A DNA stretch of 64,000 bases from Longimicrobiales bacterium (GCA_965248195.1 CBDFIQ010000002.1:512001-576000), one strand, 5' to 3'. Positions 41,227-51,562 are shown, numbered from the stretch's first letter. The notes: generated from the sequence alone by a model not told the origin. Numbers and translations are program-made.

Positions 41227-42186
41227 TCAGTCGAAGAGGATGGCGAGATCACGGAGCAGATAGTCGATCTCCCAGCCAGTGAACCGATTGTCATCGGTCG
41301 GACGCGGGGCCGTGATCACGCGGGCATCGTTCACGTCGATCTTGATCTGGTTGTACTGGACCGATCCGAGCGTGGAATCGATCGTGTTCACCGTCCGAGC
41401 CGAGAGATTCGTGTGCGGATCGTAGGTCGAGAGAGCCACAGCCCGAGCGCTCACAGTGAACCGGGACTGCCGATCCGCGATGTGGAAACCATCGATCGCA
41501 TCGGCCGCGTTGGCGTCGTCGAGACGCACGATATCGTTACCCAGATCGACAGACGCCGAGGAAACGTTCGGGGTCCATCCGCCGATCAGGAGACCCAAGC
41601 TCACGGCCCCGGGCGATTCCACCGAGTCGTACGTAATCGACGGCATGGCGATTTCCGTGATCGAGGCGACCATGCCTTGCATCACGAAGCGCATCCGCCC
41701 GAGCTCACCGGCCAGGAGGTCCCAGACCAGGTTGCCCCGGCAGCCGACGATCTTGTAGAGCTTGCCGCCGGCATACGCCCAGATTGTCGCGCTCCCGTGG
41801 CCGGTATCGGCGAACGCGTAACTGACCGACTCAGTGCTGACCGTGTCGTCATGCGTCCGCGCGAGGCCGGCCGCTGTCAGGAGCGGATCCACTTCCGGAC
41901 GTATAGGGGTACCGGATGCATATGCGACTCCGGCACCCTTGAGTTCGACGGCGAAGTCGAGCGAGATCATGTGGCCCCTTGGTACCGCGGGGATCGCTTC
42001 GGTCAGGCCCCCGACCGCCACGTTTTCACGCTCGTTCCCGAACGCGTACTCGTCCCCGAGCTGCGACCACAACCGCCCGATCACGCGGACGCCATCGGTA
42101 CCGACGACCGGAGCAGCGTCGGTGCCGTAGGTGGTCTCCACTTTCGCGAGGAGGCCATCAATCTTGATCGGGTGGGGGTAGGGCAT
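41227..42186 (-). CDS. Major tail tube protein
   Basis: LLAKVETTYGTD, ELKG.G..P..LL.A.G, GCRG; synteny. Confidence 0.75.
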   Translation of the reverse strand: MPYPHPIKIDGLLAKVETTYGTDAAPVVGTDGVRVIGRLWSQLGDEYAFGNERENVAVGGLTEAIPAVPRGHMISLDFAVELKGAGVAYASGTPIRPEVDPLLTAAGLARTHDDTVSTESVSYAFADTGHGSATIWAYAGGKLYKIVGCRGNLVWDLLAGELGRMRFVMQGMVASITEIAMPSITYDSVESPGAVSLGLLIGGWTPNVSSASVDLGNDIVRLDDANAADAIDGFHIADRQSRFTVSARAVALSTYDPHTNLSARTVNTIDSTLGSVQYNQIKIDVNDARVITAPRPTDDNRFTGWEIDYLLRDLAILFD

Positions 42187-42468
42187 CTAAGCCTCCTCGC
42201 CGGCTGCTGCCGGGTCCTCAAGTTCGTTGATGCGCCGCTCGTAGTGAGCGGCGGCCGTGGGGCGTCGATCGATTCTCTGGAGCCTGTGGAGCATCTCGAC
42301 GTCGTCGATCTCGGCGAGTGACTCTTCGAGAGTCCTGACCTTGATCTCGGCTGGATCGAACGGAAGCTCTTGACTCGTGCGGGCCCGGTCCTGCGCATCC
42401 TGGAAGCCTGCCGACGTCGGCGCCGGCATCGTCTCGCGAGGTTTGCCCGCGGTCTCTTTCTTGCTCAT
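42187..42468 (-). CDS. Hypothetical virion-region protein
   Basis: Coupled ORF in the tail module. Confidence 0.55.
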   Translation of the reverse strand: MSKKETAGKPRETMPAPTSAGFQDAQDRARTSQELPFDPAEIKVRTLEESLAEIDDVEMLHRLQRIDRRPTAAAHYERRINELEDPAAAGEEA

Positions 42469-42959
42469 GTCTTCAGCTCCGGATCGTTTCTGAGTGTCTG
42501 GTAGTCAACATCGAAGACCGTGGCCGTTCGACCGAAGAAGACCTCTCCGTTCTTGTCGAAATCGCGGGCGGTCTCCGCTTCCTCGATCTGGTGGACGACC
42601 CCGCCGAGCGTCTCGTCGGACATCACGGCGCGCACGGCCCACATCTCGAGCTCGTCCATTTGGTCGTCGGGCGGGTCCCCCGCGATGGCGACCTGTTTCC
42701 GGCTCTCGATGCCAACCCGGACGATCCGGTCGAGCGTGCCAGTGGCACGGGATTCGGACTTCGGGGAGTCGAGCAGGTAGACGATCTGCGACGGCAGCAA
42801 GTCGTGTTCGATCGGGCGAAGCCGCATCCGGTGGACGTTGAGCCCGGCCGGTTTCGTGTAGGTCGCTTCGTTTGGCGTACCGCCGTGGAGCTTGACGGAC
42901 GCCTGGGCGAGTGCGGTCGCGATCGCGTTTACCGCCTGGAGCCGGATCGAGTCGCCCAC
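42465..42959 (-). CDS. Tail terminator-like protein
   Basis: D.TLGG motif, terminal F.V.Y.T...DP; synteny. Confidence 0.6.
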   Translation of the reverse strand: MGDSIRLQAVNAIATALAQASVKLHGGTPNEATYTKPAGLNVHRMRLRPIEHDLLPSQIVYLLDSPKSESRATGTLDRIVRVGIESRKQVAIAGDPPDDQMDELEMWAVRAVMSDETLGGVVHQIEEAETARDFDKNGEVFFGRTATVFDVDYQTLRNDPELKT

Positions 42960-42962
42960 CCC

Positions 42963-43283
42963 TCAACTCTCCTGGAGCATGAGCCGGATCGTTCCGCCGT
43001 CCTCGTCGGCGGGGACGATATTCGACACCAGCCAGCTCGTGCCATCCACCACGACCGTCGCTCCGATGCCCTTCCGCGGCCCGAAATTCGAGAGTCGTCC
43101 GTCCGCGATCACTACCGACGGCTCGGTTGTGAGAACGCCTCCGCCGTAACCGCCCTGGCCCTCACCCGCCTCGACCGGCACGCGATCAAAGTGGCCATAG
43201 GTGGTCTCGCCGCCATTCGTGACGGTCTCACCGGCCTGGCCCTTGATCATGGCCTCGATCTGCGCGGGCGAGTGTAGCGCCAT
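42963..43283 (-). CDS. Head-tail joining protein (gpFII-like)
   Basis: Small beta-rich protein, VVDG..W.V...DG...L.L. Confidence 0.55.
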   Translation of the reverse strand: MALHSPAQIEAMIKGQAGETVTNGGETTYGHFDRVPVEAGEGQGGYGGGVLTTEPSVVIADGRLSNFGPRKGIGATVVVDGTSWLVSNIVPADEDGGTIRLMLQES

Positions 43284-43289
43284 GGGGCA

Positions 43290-43733
43290 TCAACTCTCCT
43301 CGACGAAGAGCTTCACGGTCAGGTCGTCCGCGGCCACGTACGTCGGTGTCCCGGACGTGAAGAGCTGCCCAAATAGCGACGTGGCAGCCGGGACGTACGG
43401 CATGTTGAGATTCGACTTTGTCGCCACGGAGTTACTCGGCCCGCCGGCGTAGTCGCCCGCCGCGAAATCGATGTGCCCGATCGAATTCAGCACGTCGGCG
43501 TCGCTCGGATCGAAAGCCGCCTGATCCGCCGACGCGGTGAACGTCACGTCGAAGAGCGCCAGCTTGAGCGGAGCGTCCTGATTGCCCTCGTCGACAATCA
43601 CCGCGCCGACGATTCGCCCGCCCTGCCCGTCTGACCCGCCGGCGAATGGGAACTCCAGGAGGCCGCCGACCGCGTCCCCTGCTGCGTAAATCGCGGTCGA
43701 GATGGTCGGCGTGACCTCGATGACCTTCATCAT
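43290..43733 (-). CDS. Virion structural protein (unknown)
   Basis: YAAGDAVGG beta-rich ORF between capsid and neck genes. Confidence 0.55.
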   Translation of the reverse strand: MMKVIEVTPTISTAIYAAGDAVGGLLEFPFAGGSDGQGGRIVGAVIVDEGNQDAPLKLALFDVTFTASADQAAFDPSDADVLNSIGHIDFAAGDYAGGPSNSVATKSNLNMPYVPAATSLFGQLFTSGTPTYVAADDLTVKLFVEES

Positions 43734-44095
43734 TCCTCCCCGTCTTCACCGCCGGGCTCGTCCTCGACGAGCGCATCGAGCGCATCGAGGATCTGCCCCG
43801 CCAAGGCCTCCCCGATGCTCTTGAGGGCGACCAGTTCCTCCTCGGTTCCGGGAACTTCGTCGAGGCGATGGATCTCGGCCTTTCGTAGATGTTTGGCGCC
43901 GGGAAATCCATCCGGGATGGCCCCCTCGCCGCCGCCATCCTGACCGTCGTACGGCACGGCGCGGTTGCTGAATATCAGCTCGCGCCCGAACGTCGCGCCC
44001 ACTGTCTGCTTGGTCCGGACCGGCAATGCCTCGCCTTCCTCGCCACGCACGCGAGCGAGCATCCAGACCTCGGCTGTCTCGTTTTTCGATGCCAC
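43730..44095 (-). CDS. Post-capsid protein with C-terminal HhH-like domain
   Basis: IPDGFPG..L..A.I...L..IG..LA..I; GAGGTG RBS. Confidence 0.55.
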   Translation of the reverse strand: MASKNETAEVWMLARVRGEEGEALPVRTKQTVGATFGRELIFSNRAVPYDGQDGGGEGAIPDGFPGAKHLRKAEIHRLDEVPGTEEELVALKSIGEALAGQILDALDALVEDEPGGEDGEE

Positions 44096-44185
44096 GATTT
44101 CACCTCGCATGTTGACTGGACTCACCGGGAGAGGGGAGGAGCCCCGAAGGGCCCTCCCCAACCGATTTCCGGCGAATCACTTGGT

Positions 44186-46753
44186 TTAAGTGACGTCCGC
44201 GTCCTGAACGGCCGAGAAAGCCGCCGGATGACGCACGGCGATGCCGGCCATCTGGAAGGACGTGAGTTCGATCACACCCTGCTTCTTCAGGCGGTACGGA
44301 TCGACCACGAGCTCGTAGGCGCCCCAGTAACCGACCATGAGCTGCGACCACACGCCGAAGAACACGGCGTGCAGGTTCGTGCCCGTGCCCTTGGTCAAAC
44401 CGGAAGGAACCTGCGTCGAGACGTGAGCCGGGTATCCGTTCACCTCACCCTCCATGCCACCCGTCCACACCGGACGACCGTTCGAGGTAGCGAACTCCTC
44501 GGTCTTCTTGAGCTTGCCCCGCACGCCCGGAGTCGTCAGATACGCCATCGACCCGATGTCCGCGTTGGCCGTAGCCACGTCGGTCTCGAGATCGACCATG
44601 TGCGCGTAGGTCGGAGCTCCTCCGTTCGTGCCGATCGCCACATCCCCGATCCCGGTCGTCTGCCGCACACCGGTCGGTTGGTTGCTGGCGCCCGATCCGT
44701 TGATCGCCGCCAAGTCGATGCCCAGCGCGGTGATCAGCGCCAGATCCATCTTCACAAGGTTGTCGACGTCGACGACGCCTTCGGACAGGAGTTGGCGGCT
44801 GTACGCCGTGCTGCTCTGCCCGGTCTTGGGATCCAGCGCGACCTGCGTGAACGTCATGTCGCTGTCGGCCACGTCGGATGCGGGATCCTCCGCAACCCAA
44901 GTGAACGTCCCAGCCGCGTTCTGCTTCGGGAATTTGACCGGACCCCGGAGCCCCGTGAGGATCGTCGCACCGAGTTGCGCGACCTTCATGCGCGCCCGCA
45001 GAAGATCGATGAAGTCACCGGCCTCCGTGAACACGATATCTCCGCCGGCCGCTGCCGTGCCGGTATCGAGCGCGGCCTGCATGTCGTTGATCTGGGTGAT
45101 CAGCCGCTCACGCGTGGCGAATGGTAGATGTCGGTCGCCTTCGACCGCGGCACGCATTCGCTGCAATCCCACGTGGGTTACCGGCACTCGATCGGACGCG
45201 ACCGCCGGGCGCCGTGCCGGGAAGAAAAATCCGCCGTGGTCTGTGTACCCCTTCGGCAAATTCTTCCGGATCTCATCGGAGACGTCACGCTCGAAGCCCA
45301 CCCACGGCGTGCCCTCCAACTGATGGTTCACCGAGCCCATGATCGCCCGGGTGAGCGAGTACAGCCCCACCTCCCGCTCGGTAAGATGGACGCCCGGAGC
45401 CGTCATCGCTTCCAGGCTCGCCTCTGCCTCGGCGCGGACGATCTCCGCCGCCTGGTCGGTCGTCACACCGGTCTCCAAAAAGCCCTGGATCCGGTTGCCG
45501 ATCTTGTGCTCTCGGCACATTGCGATAATGCCGCTGATCCTTTCCTGCTCCGCAGCGCGGTCTTCGCCGGCGCGAATCTCAGCGGGCGTCTCTAGCGTTG
45601 CGACTCCGCCATCTCCGGCCCCGTCTTGGGCCGCCGCGTCTCCTGGCTTCACGGTTTCCTCCTGGCCGCTTGGGGCCGTTGGATCCGGGGTAGTTGAGTC
45701 TTCGGCCGACGCGTCCCCGTCCGCATCGTCAGTCTTCGGTTTTCCGATCATGTCCAGCACAATTGCCTCGCGTGCCTCTTCCGCTAGCACAGCGAGATCA
45801 CCGAGTGAGAGCACAGGAGCGTCGGGAGCGGGCAGGATCCCCGAATGGATTCCTGTGGCCGCGATGTCGACTCCGTCGTCCGCCTCCGCACGTGACCCGC
45901 GTAGCGCACTCGACTCGACGCCGAGCTCGCCCAGCACCTCCTCGAGCGTCCCGAGTCGGTCCACCATGCCAGCGTCGAGAGCTTGCGTCGCCGTGAGCAC
46001 CGCGCCCTCGCCGTACCCGTTCCGCACACGCTTCTCGTCGACGCCCCGGGCTCGTGCGACCGCTTCAACGAACATGCCGTAGAACTCGTCGACTCGGCCT
46101 TGCATATGCTTCTCGGCAGCCTCGGAGAGAGGCTCGTGCGGGTTGCCCTCGGCCTTGTATTTGCCAGCCTTCACGATCGTGCGGGTGATGCCGGCCTCGG
46201 CCTCGGCCTTCGAGACCTCGGTGTGCATCGCGAGGACCCCGATCGCGCCGGCCAAACCCGACGGCGTGATCACGATCTCGTCCGCATTGACTGCCACCCA
46301 ATAGGCGGCGGAAGCGATCACGCCATCCACCGCGGCGATGATCCTCTTCTTGCCGCGCGCCTCGAAGATGCGAGTCGAGAGCTCCTCGACGCCTTGCACG
46401 CTGCCCCCTGGAGAATCGACGTGGATCACGATCGCGCCGATGTCATCGTTCGCCATCGCTTCGTCGAAGGAGTCTCCGAATCCCTCAAGCGATGTGCCGC
46501 CCGAGAAGCGCGTCATTGAGTCCATGCGAGGAGCGAGCACCCCAAAGAGCGGGAGCACCGCGATGCTTCCCCCGGTCGGCTTGATGTGGTCATGGCGCCG
46601 CGCAGTGATGTCTTGCATCTCTTCATCGCTGATCTCGCCGCCCTCGAGCCGGAGGTTCAGGATATCGATGATTTCCTGCGCTTTGCCCGACTCGATCGCC
46701 CACGGCACCCCGCTGATGAAGCTGAGGACGCGTCTCGGCTCAATGATTCGCAT
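44186..46753 (-). CDS. S49 prohead protease-scaffold-major capsid (HK97 fold) fusion
   Basis: VDSPGG, ASAAYW, GKYK; acidic linker; AAINGSG...QPTG, FFGVWS, VDPY, VRHPAAF. Confidence 0.88.
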   Translation of the reverse strand: MRIIEPRRVLSFISGVPWAIESGKAQEIIDILNLRLEGGEISDEEMQDITARRHDHIKPTGGSIAVLPLFGVLAPRMDSMTRFSGGTSLEGFGDSFDEAMANDDIGAIVIHVDSPGGSVQGVEELSTRIFEARGKKRIIAAVDGVIASAAYWVAVNADEIVITPSGLAGAIGVLAMHTEVSKAEAEAGITRTIVKAGKYKAEGNPHEPLSEAAEKHMQGRVDEFYGMFVEAVARARGVDEKRVRNGYGEGAVLTATQALDAGMVDRLGTLEEVLGELGVESSALRGSRAEADDGVDIAATGIHSGILPAPDAPVLSLGDLAVLAEEAREAIVLDMIGKPKTDDADGDASAEDSTTPDPTAPSGQEETVKPGDAAAQDGAGDGGVATLETPAEIRAGEDRAAEQERISGIIAMCREHKIGNRIQGFLETGVTTDQAAEIVRAEAEASLEAMTAPGVHLTEREVGLYSLTRAIMGSVNHQLEGTPWVGFERDVSDEIRKNLPKGYTDHGGFFFPARRPAVASDRVPVTHVGLQRMRAAVEGDRHLPFATRERLITQINDMQAALDTGTAAAGGDIVFTEAGDFIDLLRARMKVAQLGATILTGLRGPVKFPKQNAAGTFTWVAEDPASDVADSDMTFTQVALDPKTGQSSTAYSRQLLSEGVVDVDNLVKMDLALITALGIDLAAINGSGASNQPTGVRQTTGIGDVAIGTNGGAPTYAHMVDLETDVATANADIGSMAYLTTPGVRGKLKKTEEFATSNGRPVWTGGMEGEVNGYPAHVSTQVPSGLTKGTGTNLHAVFFGVWSQLMVGYWGAYELVVDPYRLKKQGVIELTSFQMAGIAVRHPAAFSAVQDADVT

Positions 46754-48305
46754 CGTTGTCTCCTCCGTTGAGTACGGCAGCCATGCGTGACGAATGCGCC
46801 GCGTTTCCGTTCGCCCTCGGTCCGTCCTCGTCCATCGCGAGAAGCGCGTTCGTGAGAGCGTCCTCTCGGGAGTTAGGGCCGAGCCGGACGCCCTTGCGCT
46901 TCGCGAGCTCCTCCTCGCGTGCCAGCTCGTCAAGCACGTCGCCGAAGTCACGGCCCTGCTCAGCAGCGAGACGGGTGCGCGAATCGAGTCCGAGTTCGAG
47001 CGAGAGTTCGCTAGCCTTGCCGTCCTTGAGCGGATCGATGTTCGGGAAGCCGCGGCCCTGCCAGTCGTGACGTTCGAGAGCTGCTCGATCGCGTACCGGT
47101 AAGTCGATCGCGCGCATGGTGAGCGCCCACTTCAGCCACCATCGGAACACCGGATCATGGACATGCGTCCACGTCCGACGCTGGAGCCGCCGGTAGATAT
47201 CCCGCTCTTGGAGCGAACCGTGGCGGATCGAACTGAAGTTCACGTCACGGAGATCACCAGTCAGGCTGTGGTACGAGGTTTTCAGGCCCGCGGCGATCGT
47301 GTGCAGGATGATTTTATTGAATTCCCCGAACGCCCCGTTCGGGTGCGTGGGGTCGAAGAAATTGGCTTTCAGTCCAGGCGGCAGCGTGTCGAAGACCCCA
47401 GGCTCCATGTCCCAGGTGAAGTCGGTCACACCGTGGGGTAGATCCGGGTCCGGGACCATGCTCGCGTCGTCGTATTCGAACACGCCGCTCTTCGAAGCCG
47501 CGATCCTCGATGCGATGAGTTCCGCCTCCTGGAGCGCCGAGAGCATCTGCGCATCCATGAGAATCGGAGCGAGCCACGAGACGCCGCGCGTTTGCCCCGG
47601 CCGGCGAATCTGATACCGGTGGATGATCTGCTCGGCGGGGATGCGTACGCGCTGGCGCCGAAAACTTCCCTGGAAGTCGAACGGATGCGCGTCCCACATC
47701 CAGTAGGCGACGGGGCGACCCCACTGGTCTATCTCGACGCCCATGCGGATCTCGTTCGTACCCTTGCCGGCCGGCCGGTTGAACTCCTCGTCGAGCTGAT
47801 CAGCGTCGAGGAGTTGAACGGCGAACCCGAATTCGTTGTTAAAGCCGGGCAACATCCGGAGAATCCCTTCGCCGTCCATCGCCTCGGTCTGCAGCACGAG
47901 CTCCGAGATCCCCTGCCACGACAACCGCCCATCCGCCGAGGAGGATCTCGGATCACCCCAACGACGCCACGCCTCTTCAATCTTCTTAGCCGCGCCCTCA
48001 TCGAGTTCGCCGTCGAAACCGAGCGGCTGAGACTGGAGCCGGATGCCGTTCGGTCCGATGATGTTGTCGGCGAGTAGATCGATGAACCGGGAGCAATGGG
48101 CGGTGTTCCGGGCCATCTCGCGGGTGCGCTTTCTTAGGGTACGGAGGTCGCCGCGCACCTCGGCGTCGGCACTCCGGATCGATGCGAGTATCCAGTCCTC
48201 GGTCAGCCGGTTCTGAACTGCCCCACGGAATGCCGTAGCCTTCGGATGCGCCCGCGTGCTACGGTACATCCTGCGAGTCGCCTCACGAAACGGATTAACC
48301 ATCAT
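46740..48305 (-). CDS. Lambda-family portal protein
   Basis: LRKRTREMARN, MGVE.D.WGRP.AY, RPGQTRG, LTGD...VNFSS.R, IDPLKD. Confidence 0.92.
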   Translation of the reverse strand: MMVNPFREATRRMYRSTRAHPKATAFRGAVQNRLTEDWILASIRSADAEVRGDLRTLRKRTREMARNTAHCSRFIDLLADNIIGPNGIRLQSQPLGFDGELDEGAAKKIEEAWRRWGDPRSSSADGRLSWQGISELVLQTEAMDGEGILRMLPGFNNEFGFAVQLLDADQLDEEFNRPAGKGTNEIRMGVEIDQWGRPVAYWMWDAHPFDFQGSFRRQRVRIPAEQIIHRYQIRRPGQTRGVSWLAPILMDAQMLSALQEAELIASRIAASKSGVFEYDDASMVPDPDLPHGVTDFTWDMEPGVFDTLPPGLKANFFDPTHPNGAFGEFNKIILHTIAAGLKTSYHSLTGDLRDVNFSSIRHGSLQERDIYRRLQRRTWTHVHDPVFRWWLKWALTMRAIDLPVRDRAALERHDWQGRGFPNIDPLKDGKASELSLELGLDSRTRLAAEQGRDFGDVLDELAREEELAKRKGVRLGPNSREDALTNALLAMDEDGPRANGNAAHSSRMAAVLNGGDNDANH

Positions 48306-48537
48306 CAGGCTTCCGGTGCCGCAAACTGTAAACTCCGTCTTTCATCACGCCGTACATCCATTCCCAACCCGTGAAAGACAGGAGGAGGACGCCGCCCGAG
48401 AAGATCCAGGCCTCGACGCTCGTGAGGCGGGCAATGCCCCACGTGACCAACGCCCAGCCGCCGAGCCAGGCGATCGAGACCGCGATCTCGGCCCACATGG
48501 TACAGGCGGTCCGTAACGCATTACGAAATCGCCCCAC
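48295..48537 (-). CDS. Small 2-TM membrane protein
   Basis: Hydrophobic ORF between connector and portal. Confidence 0.5.
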   Translation of the reverse strand: MGRFRNALRTACTMWAEIAVSIAWLGGWALVTWGIARLTSVEAWIFSGGVLLLSFTGWEWMYGVMKDGVYSLRHRKPDDG

Positions 48538-49042
48538 AACTCACCTTCCGTTTTGAGAACTGGCCTTGCTTGCGAGCGAACGCGACGCGGGCCCGGTATA
48601 CGCCCTGGCCCTTCGTGAGCATGCCCATGTCGGTGAACTCGACCCGGCGACCACTGACCTGAGTCACGGAGTGCGGGTTCAGCGTAAGCTCTTCGATGGC
48701 TGCGTTGAGCTGGCCGAGCACCTTCTCGTCGTGCGTCAGCTCGCCGAGCTGGAGCTCGGATCGATAAATCTCGAAGCGATCGGTGCCCTTCTCGACGTAA
48801 CCGACCATGACGTAGGTGCCGGGAAGTAAGTCTACCGTGGCAGCCTTGGCCTCGCGGACCTCGTAGTAGTCGCCGCTCGAGGAGGTCGCGGCCGTGACAG
48901 CGGCGATCGCGGAGGGGCCGTGGAACTCGTACTTGAGGGTGTAGCCGTCAGACGGCGGCCCGTCGGAGTAGGTTCGGTCCCACTCCCAGTTCGCCCCGAT
49001 GACGAGGGTTTTCGGCTCTGATGTTGGAGGCGTTGGCGCCAA
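48521..49042 (-). CDS. Head-completion (gpW-position) protein
   Basis: EP.TL..G..W.W; synteny before portal. Confidence 0.55.
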   Translation of the reverse strand: MAPTPPTSEPKTLVIGANWEWDRTYSDGPPSDGYTLKYEFHGPSAIAAVTAATSSSGDYYEVREAKAATVDLLPGTYVMVGYVEKGTDRFEIYRSELQLGELTHDEKVLGQLNAAIEELTLNPHSVTQVSGRRVEFTDMGMLTKGQGVYRARVAFARKQGQFSKRKVSCGAIS

Positions 49043-49068
49043 GGCACAGTCCCTTGTGGGGTCTTAAC

Positions 49069-50634
49069 CCTCTCTGCCAACGTACGTGAGACACGGAGCA
49101 CGCAAAGAATTAGAGTAGGGCGAAGGCAGAGAAAACGAACATGTTGGGACTGCGAGAGAGAATGGAAGAGAATGGTAGTGCCCCTGGAATCGGGGAGGCC
49201 AAGCGAAGCGCGGCAGCTCCTGCGGACCCGGAGGTAGTAGATAGGCCGCTACGCCGGCGGTTCAGTCCATCGTACAAGCTGCGGATCGTCGAAGAAGCGG
49301 ACCGGTGCACCGAGCCCGGCGAGGTGGGTCAGCTCCTGCGGCGCGAGGGCCTGTACTCGTCGCACCTGACGACGTGGCGCAAGGCGGCGCATAGCGGGTC
49401 GCTGAAGGCCCTGTCGAAGAAACGCGGCCGCAAGCCGGAGCGGAATCCGCTGGATGAGAAGGTACGCAAGCTGGAGCGGCAAAACGCACGGCTCGAGAAT
49501 GAGCTCAGGAAGGCACACCTGATCATCGACGTGCAGGGAAAAGTTGCGGGGCTGCTGGGGATAAGCCTCGACGACGGGACGAACTCTTGAAGGCGGCCGA
49601 TGAGCTGGCTAAGCACGTCGGTGTAAAACCGGCGTGCGCGGCTCTCGAGGTCTCCCGATCGACGTTCTACCGTCGTCGAGGCCCATCGACCGGGCAACGG
49701 CAGCCCCGCCCGACGCCCGCCCGGGCATTGAGCGAGACGGAACGAGGCGAGGTCTTCGACACGCTGTGTTCGGAGCGGTTCGTGGACCGCTCACCCGCCG
49801 AGGTGGTGGCCACGCTGCTCGACGAAGAGGTCTACCTGTGCAGCGAACGCACGATGTATCGTGTTCTGGCCTCCGAGGTGCCGGTTCAGGAACGCCGGGC
49901 GCAGCGCACCCATCCCGAGTACAAGAAGCCCGAGTTGATGGCCACGGCGCCGAACCAGGTGTGGTCCTGGGATATCACGCGGCTACTCGGGCCGAAGAAG
50001 TGGAGCTATTACTACCTCTACGTCATCATGGACATCTACAGCCGCTACGTCGTGGGCTGGATGGTGGCGGACCGGGAGAACTCGGCCCTGGCCGGCCGGT
50101 TGATCCAGCAGAGCTGCCTGAAGCATGGCGTCCAGCCCCGGGTCCTGACCCTGCACTCGGATCGGGGAGCTCCAATGACGAGCCAATGCACCGCTCAACT
50201 TCTCGCTGACCTCGGCGTGACTCGCTCGTTGAGCCGGCCTCAGGTGTCGGATGACAACCCGTTTTCCGAGGCTCAGTTCAAAACCTTGAAGTACCATCCC
50301 TCGTTTCCCGGGCGGTTCGGGGATCAGGGCCAGGCCAAGACGTTGTGTCGATCGTTCTTCCGCTGGTACAATGCCGAGCACCGCCATGGCGGTATCTCGA
50401 TGCTAACCCCCGAGCAGGTCCACTTCGGGAACGCCGATCAGGTCATTGCCGGCAGGAAATCCGTGCTCCGCGAAGCATGGGCCGCTCATCCCGAACGCTT
50501 CGTCACAGGTGTGCCGAAGCCCAAACCGCTCCCGGAGGCCGTCTACATCAATCCTCCCATCCCTTCCCTCACCACACAGGATATTGCTCTCTAATTAATC
50601 CCGTAGAGTGTCCCATTGTCGTTGACAGGTTCCG
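49069..50634 (+). mobile_element. IS3-family element (orfA 49141-49590, orfB 49587-50594)
   Basis: IRs TGCCAACG..GAGACAC (49075) / GTGTCCC..CGTTGACA (50627); probable TSD TAAC; WSWDIT, DIYSR, HSDRG, NPFSE DDE motifs. Confidence 0.9.
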
Positions 50635-50686
50635 TAACGGATTCACCCACTAAGGAACGGTATGTGCAACACTCGCCCTGCGTAAT

Positions 50687-50730
50687 TGGCGTTTTCGCCA
50701 CTGGCGTTTTCGCCACGGGCGTTTTCGCCA
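50687..50730. repeat. Three tandem 15-bp-period palindromes (T/G)GGCGTTTTCGCCA
   Basis: GGCGTTTTCGCCA at 50688, 50703, 50718. Confidence 0.85.
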
Positions 50731-50732
50731 GG

Positions 50733-50987
50733 TTAGGCTGCGTCCGTGAAGCTGTCTGGGCTCGAGTGGTAGAGCTCGTTGAGCGCCTTCTGAGGAGGGA
50801 GTTTGCTATCCATCATATCCCGAATCCGCTCGGCATAATGACGGACGGTGCGGGGCGAAATCGTCTCATCGTCGTGGTGGCGATGTTTCAGTTGCGCCGC
50901 GGCCTTGGTGTACGACAAATGATCCCGGCCCACGAGCACAACGACCTCCCGCTCTCGTAGTGTGAGCCGAGTCTCGCGCTGCGCCAT
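50733..50987 (-). CDS. LuxR/GerE-type HTH regulator
   Basis: LTLREREVVVLV...SY...A..L..IS.RTV..Y..RI. Confidence 0.75.
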   Translation of the reverse strand: MAQRETRLTLREREVVVLVGRDHLSYTKAAAQLKHRHHDDETISPRTVRHYAERIRDMMDSKLPPQKALNELYHSSPDSFTDAA

Positions 50988-50992
50988 GGTTC

Positions 50993-51562
50993 TCAGCCGC
51001 CGCTTGCGTTCGATGGCGTCTGGTAGTTGAAGCATACTACTGCGTCCTCCTTGTAGCGTTCTCCGATGCAGTTGAGGGTTTCGTCGTCGTAGAACTCCGA
51101 GCTATCTGGCCGGGCCACGCCGTTGATATGGGGCAGGGACCTCGGGCTCACGCCGAGCCACTCGCACAGCCTCGTGAAATCTCGTGTCAGGTGCTCGAAG
51201 CGGCCGACCCAATCGGCACCGCGTGCGAACTGGACCTGCGGAGCCGTCACGTCGAGGGCGTACCGCGTCCCCTTGTAAAGCGTCGGGGGCCGACCGCAGG
51301 GATGCAGCATTCCGCTGGCCACCCAGTCGCGAAATCCAGCGGGCGTGATCTCGCGCTTACGATGCATAAACGCGTAGATCGAGACGGCGCGGTCCCACGG
51401 GTCTCTCACGAATGTGAAAACCTGGAGAGCCGCTCGGCGTCGGCTCCGGAGCTCGGCCAGCGTGAGGTGGATCTCGTGCATCGAAAGGCCGAGAGCCGCC
51501 CGCACGGCCTGACCGCCGGTACGGGGGACGTGAGCGAACACGGCCGACCTCACTTCTTCCAC
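50993..51562 (-). CDS. Sulfotransferase family 2 protein
   Basis: F.HVPRTGG (5'PSB), FTFVRDPWDRAVS.Y (3'PB), VGRFE.L..DF. Confidence 0.8.
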   Translation of the reverse strand: MEEVRSAVFAHVPRTGGQAVRAALGLSMHEIHLTLAELRSRRRAALQVFTFVRDPWDRAVSIYAFMHRKREITPAGFRDWVASGMLHPCGRPPTLYKGTRYALDVTAPQVQFARGADWVGRFEHLTRDFTRLCEWLGVSPRSLPHINGVARPDSSEFYDDETLNCIGERYKEDAVVCFNYQTPSNASGG

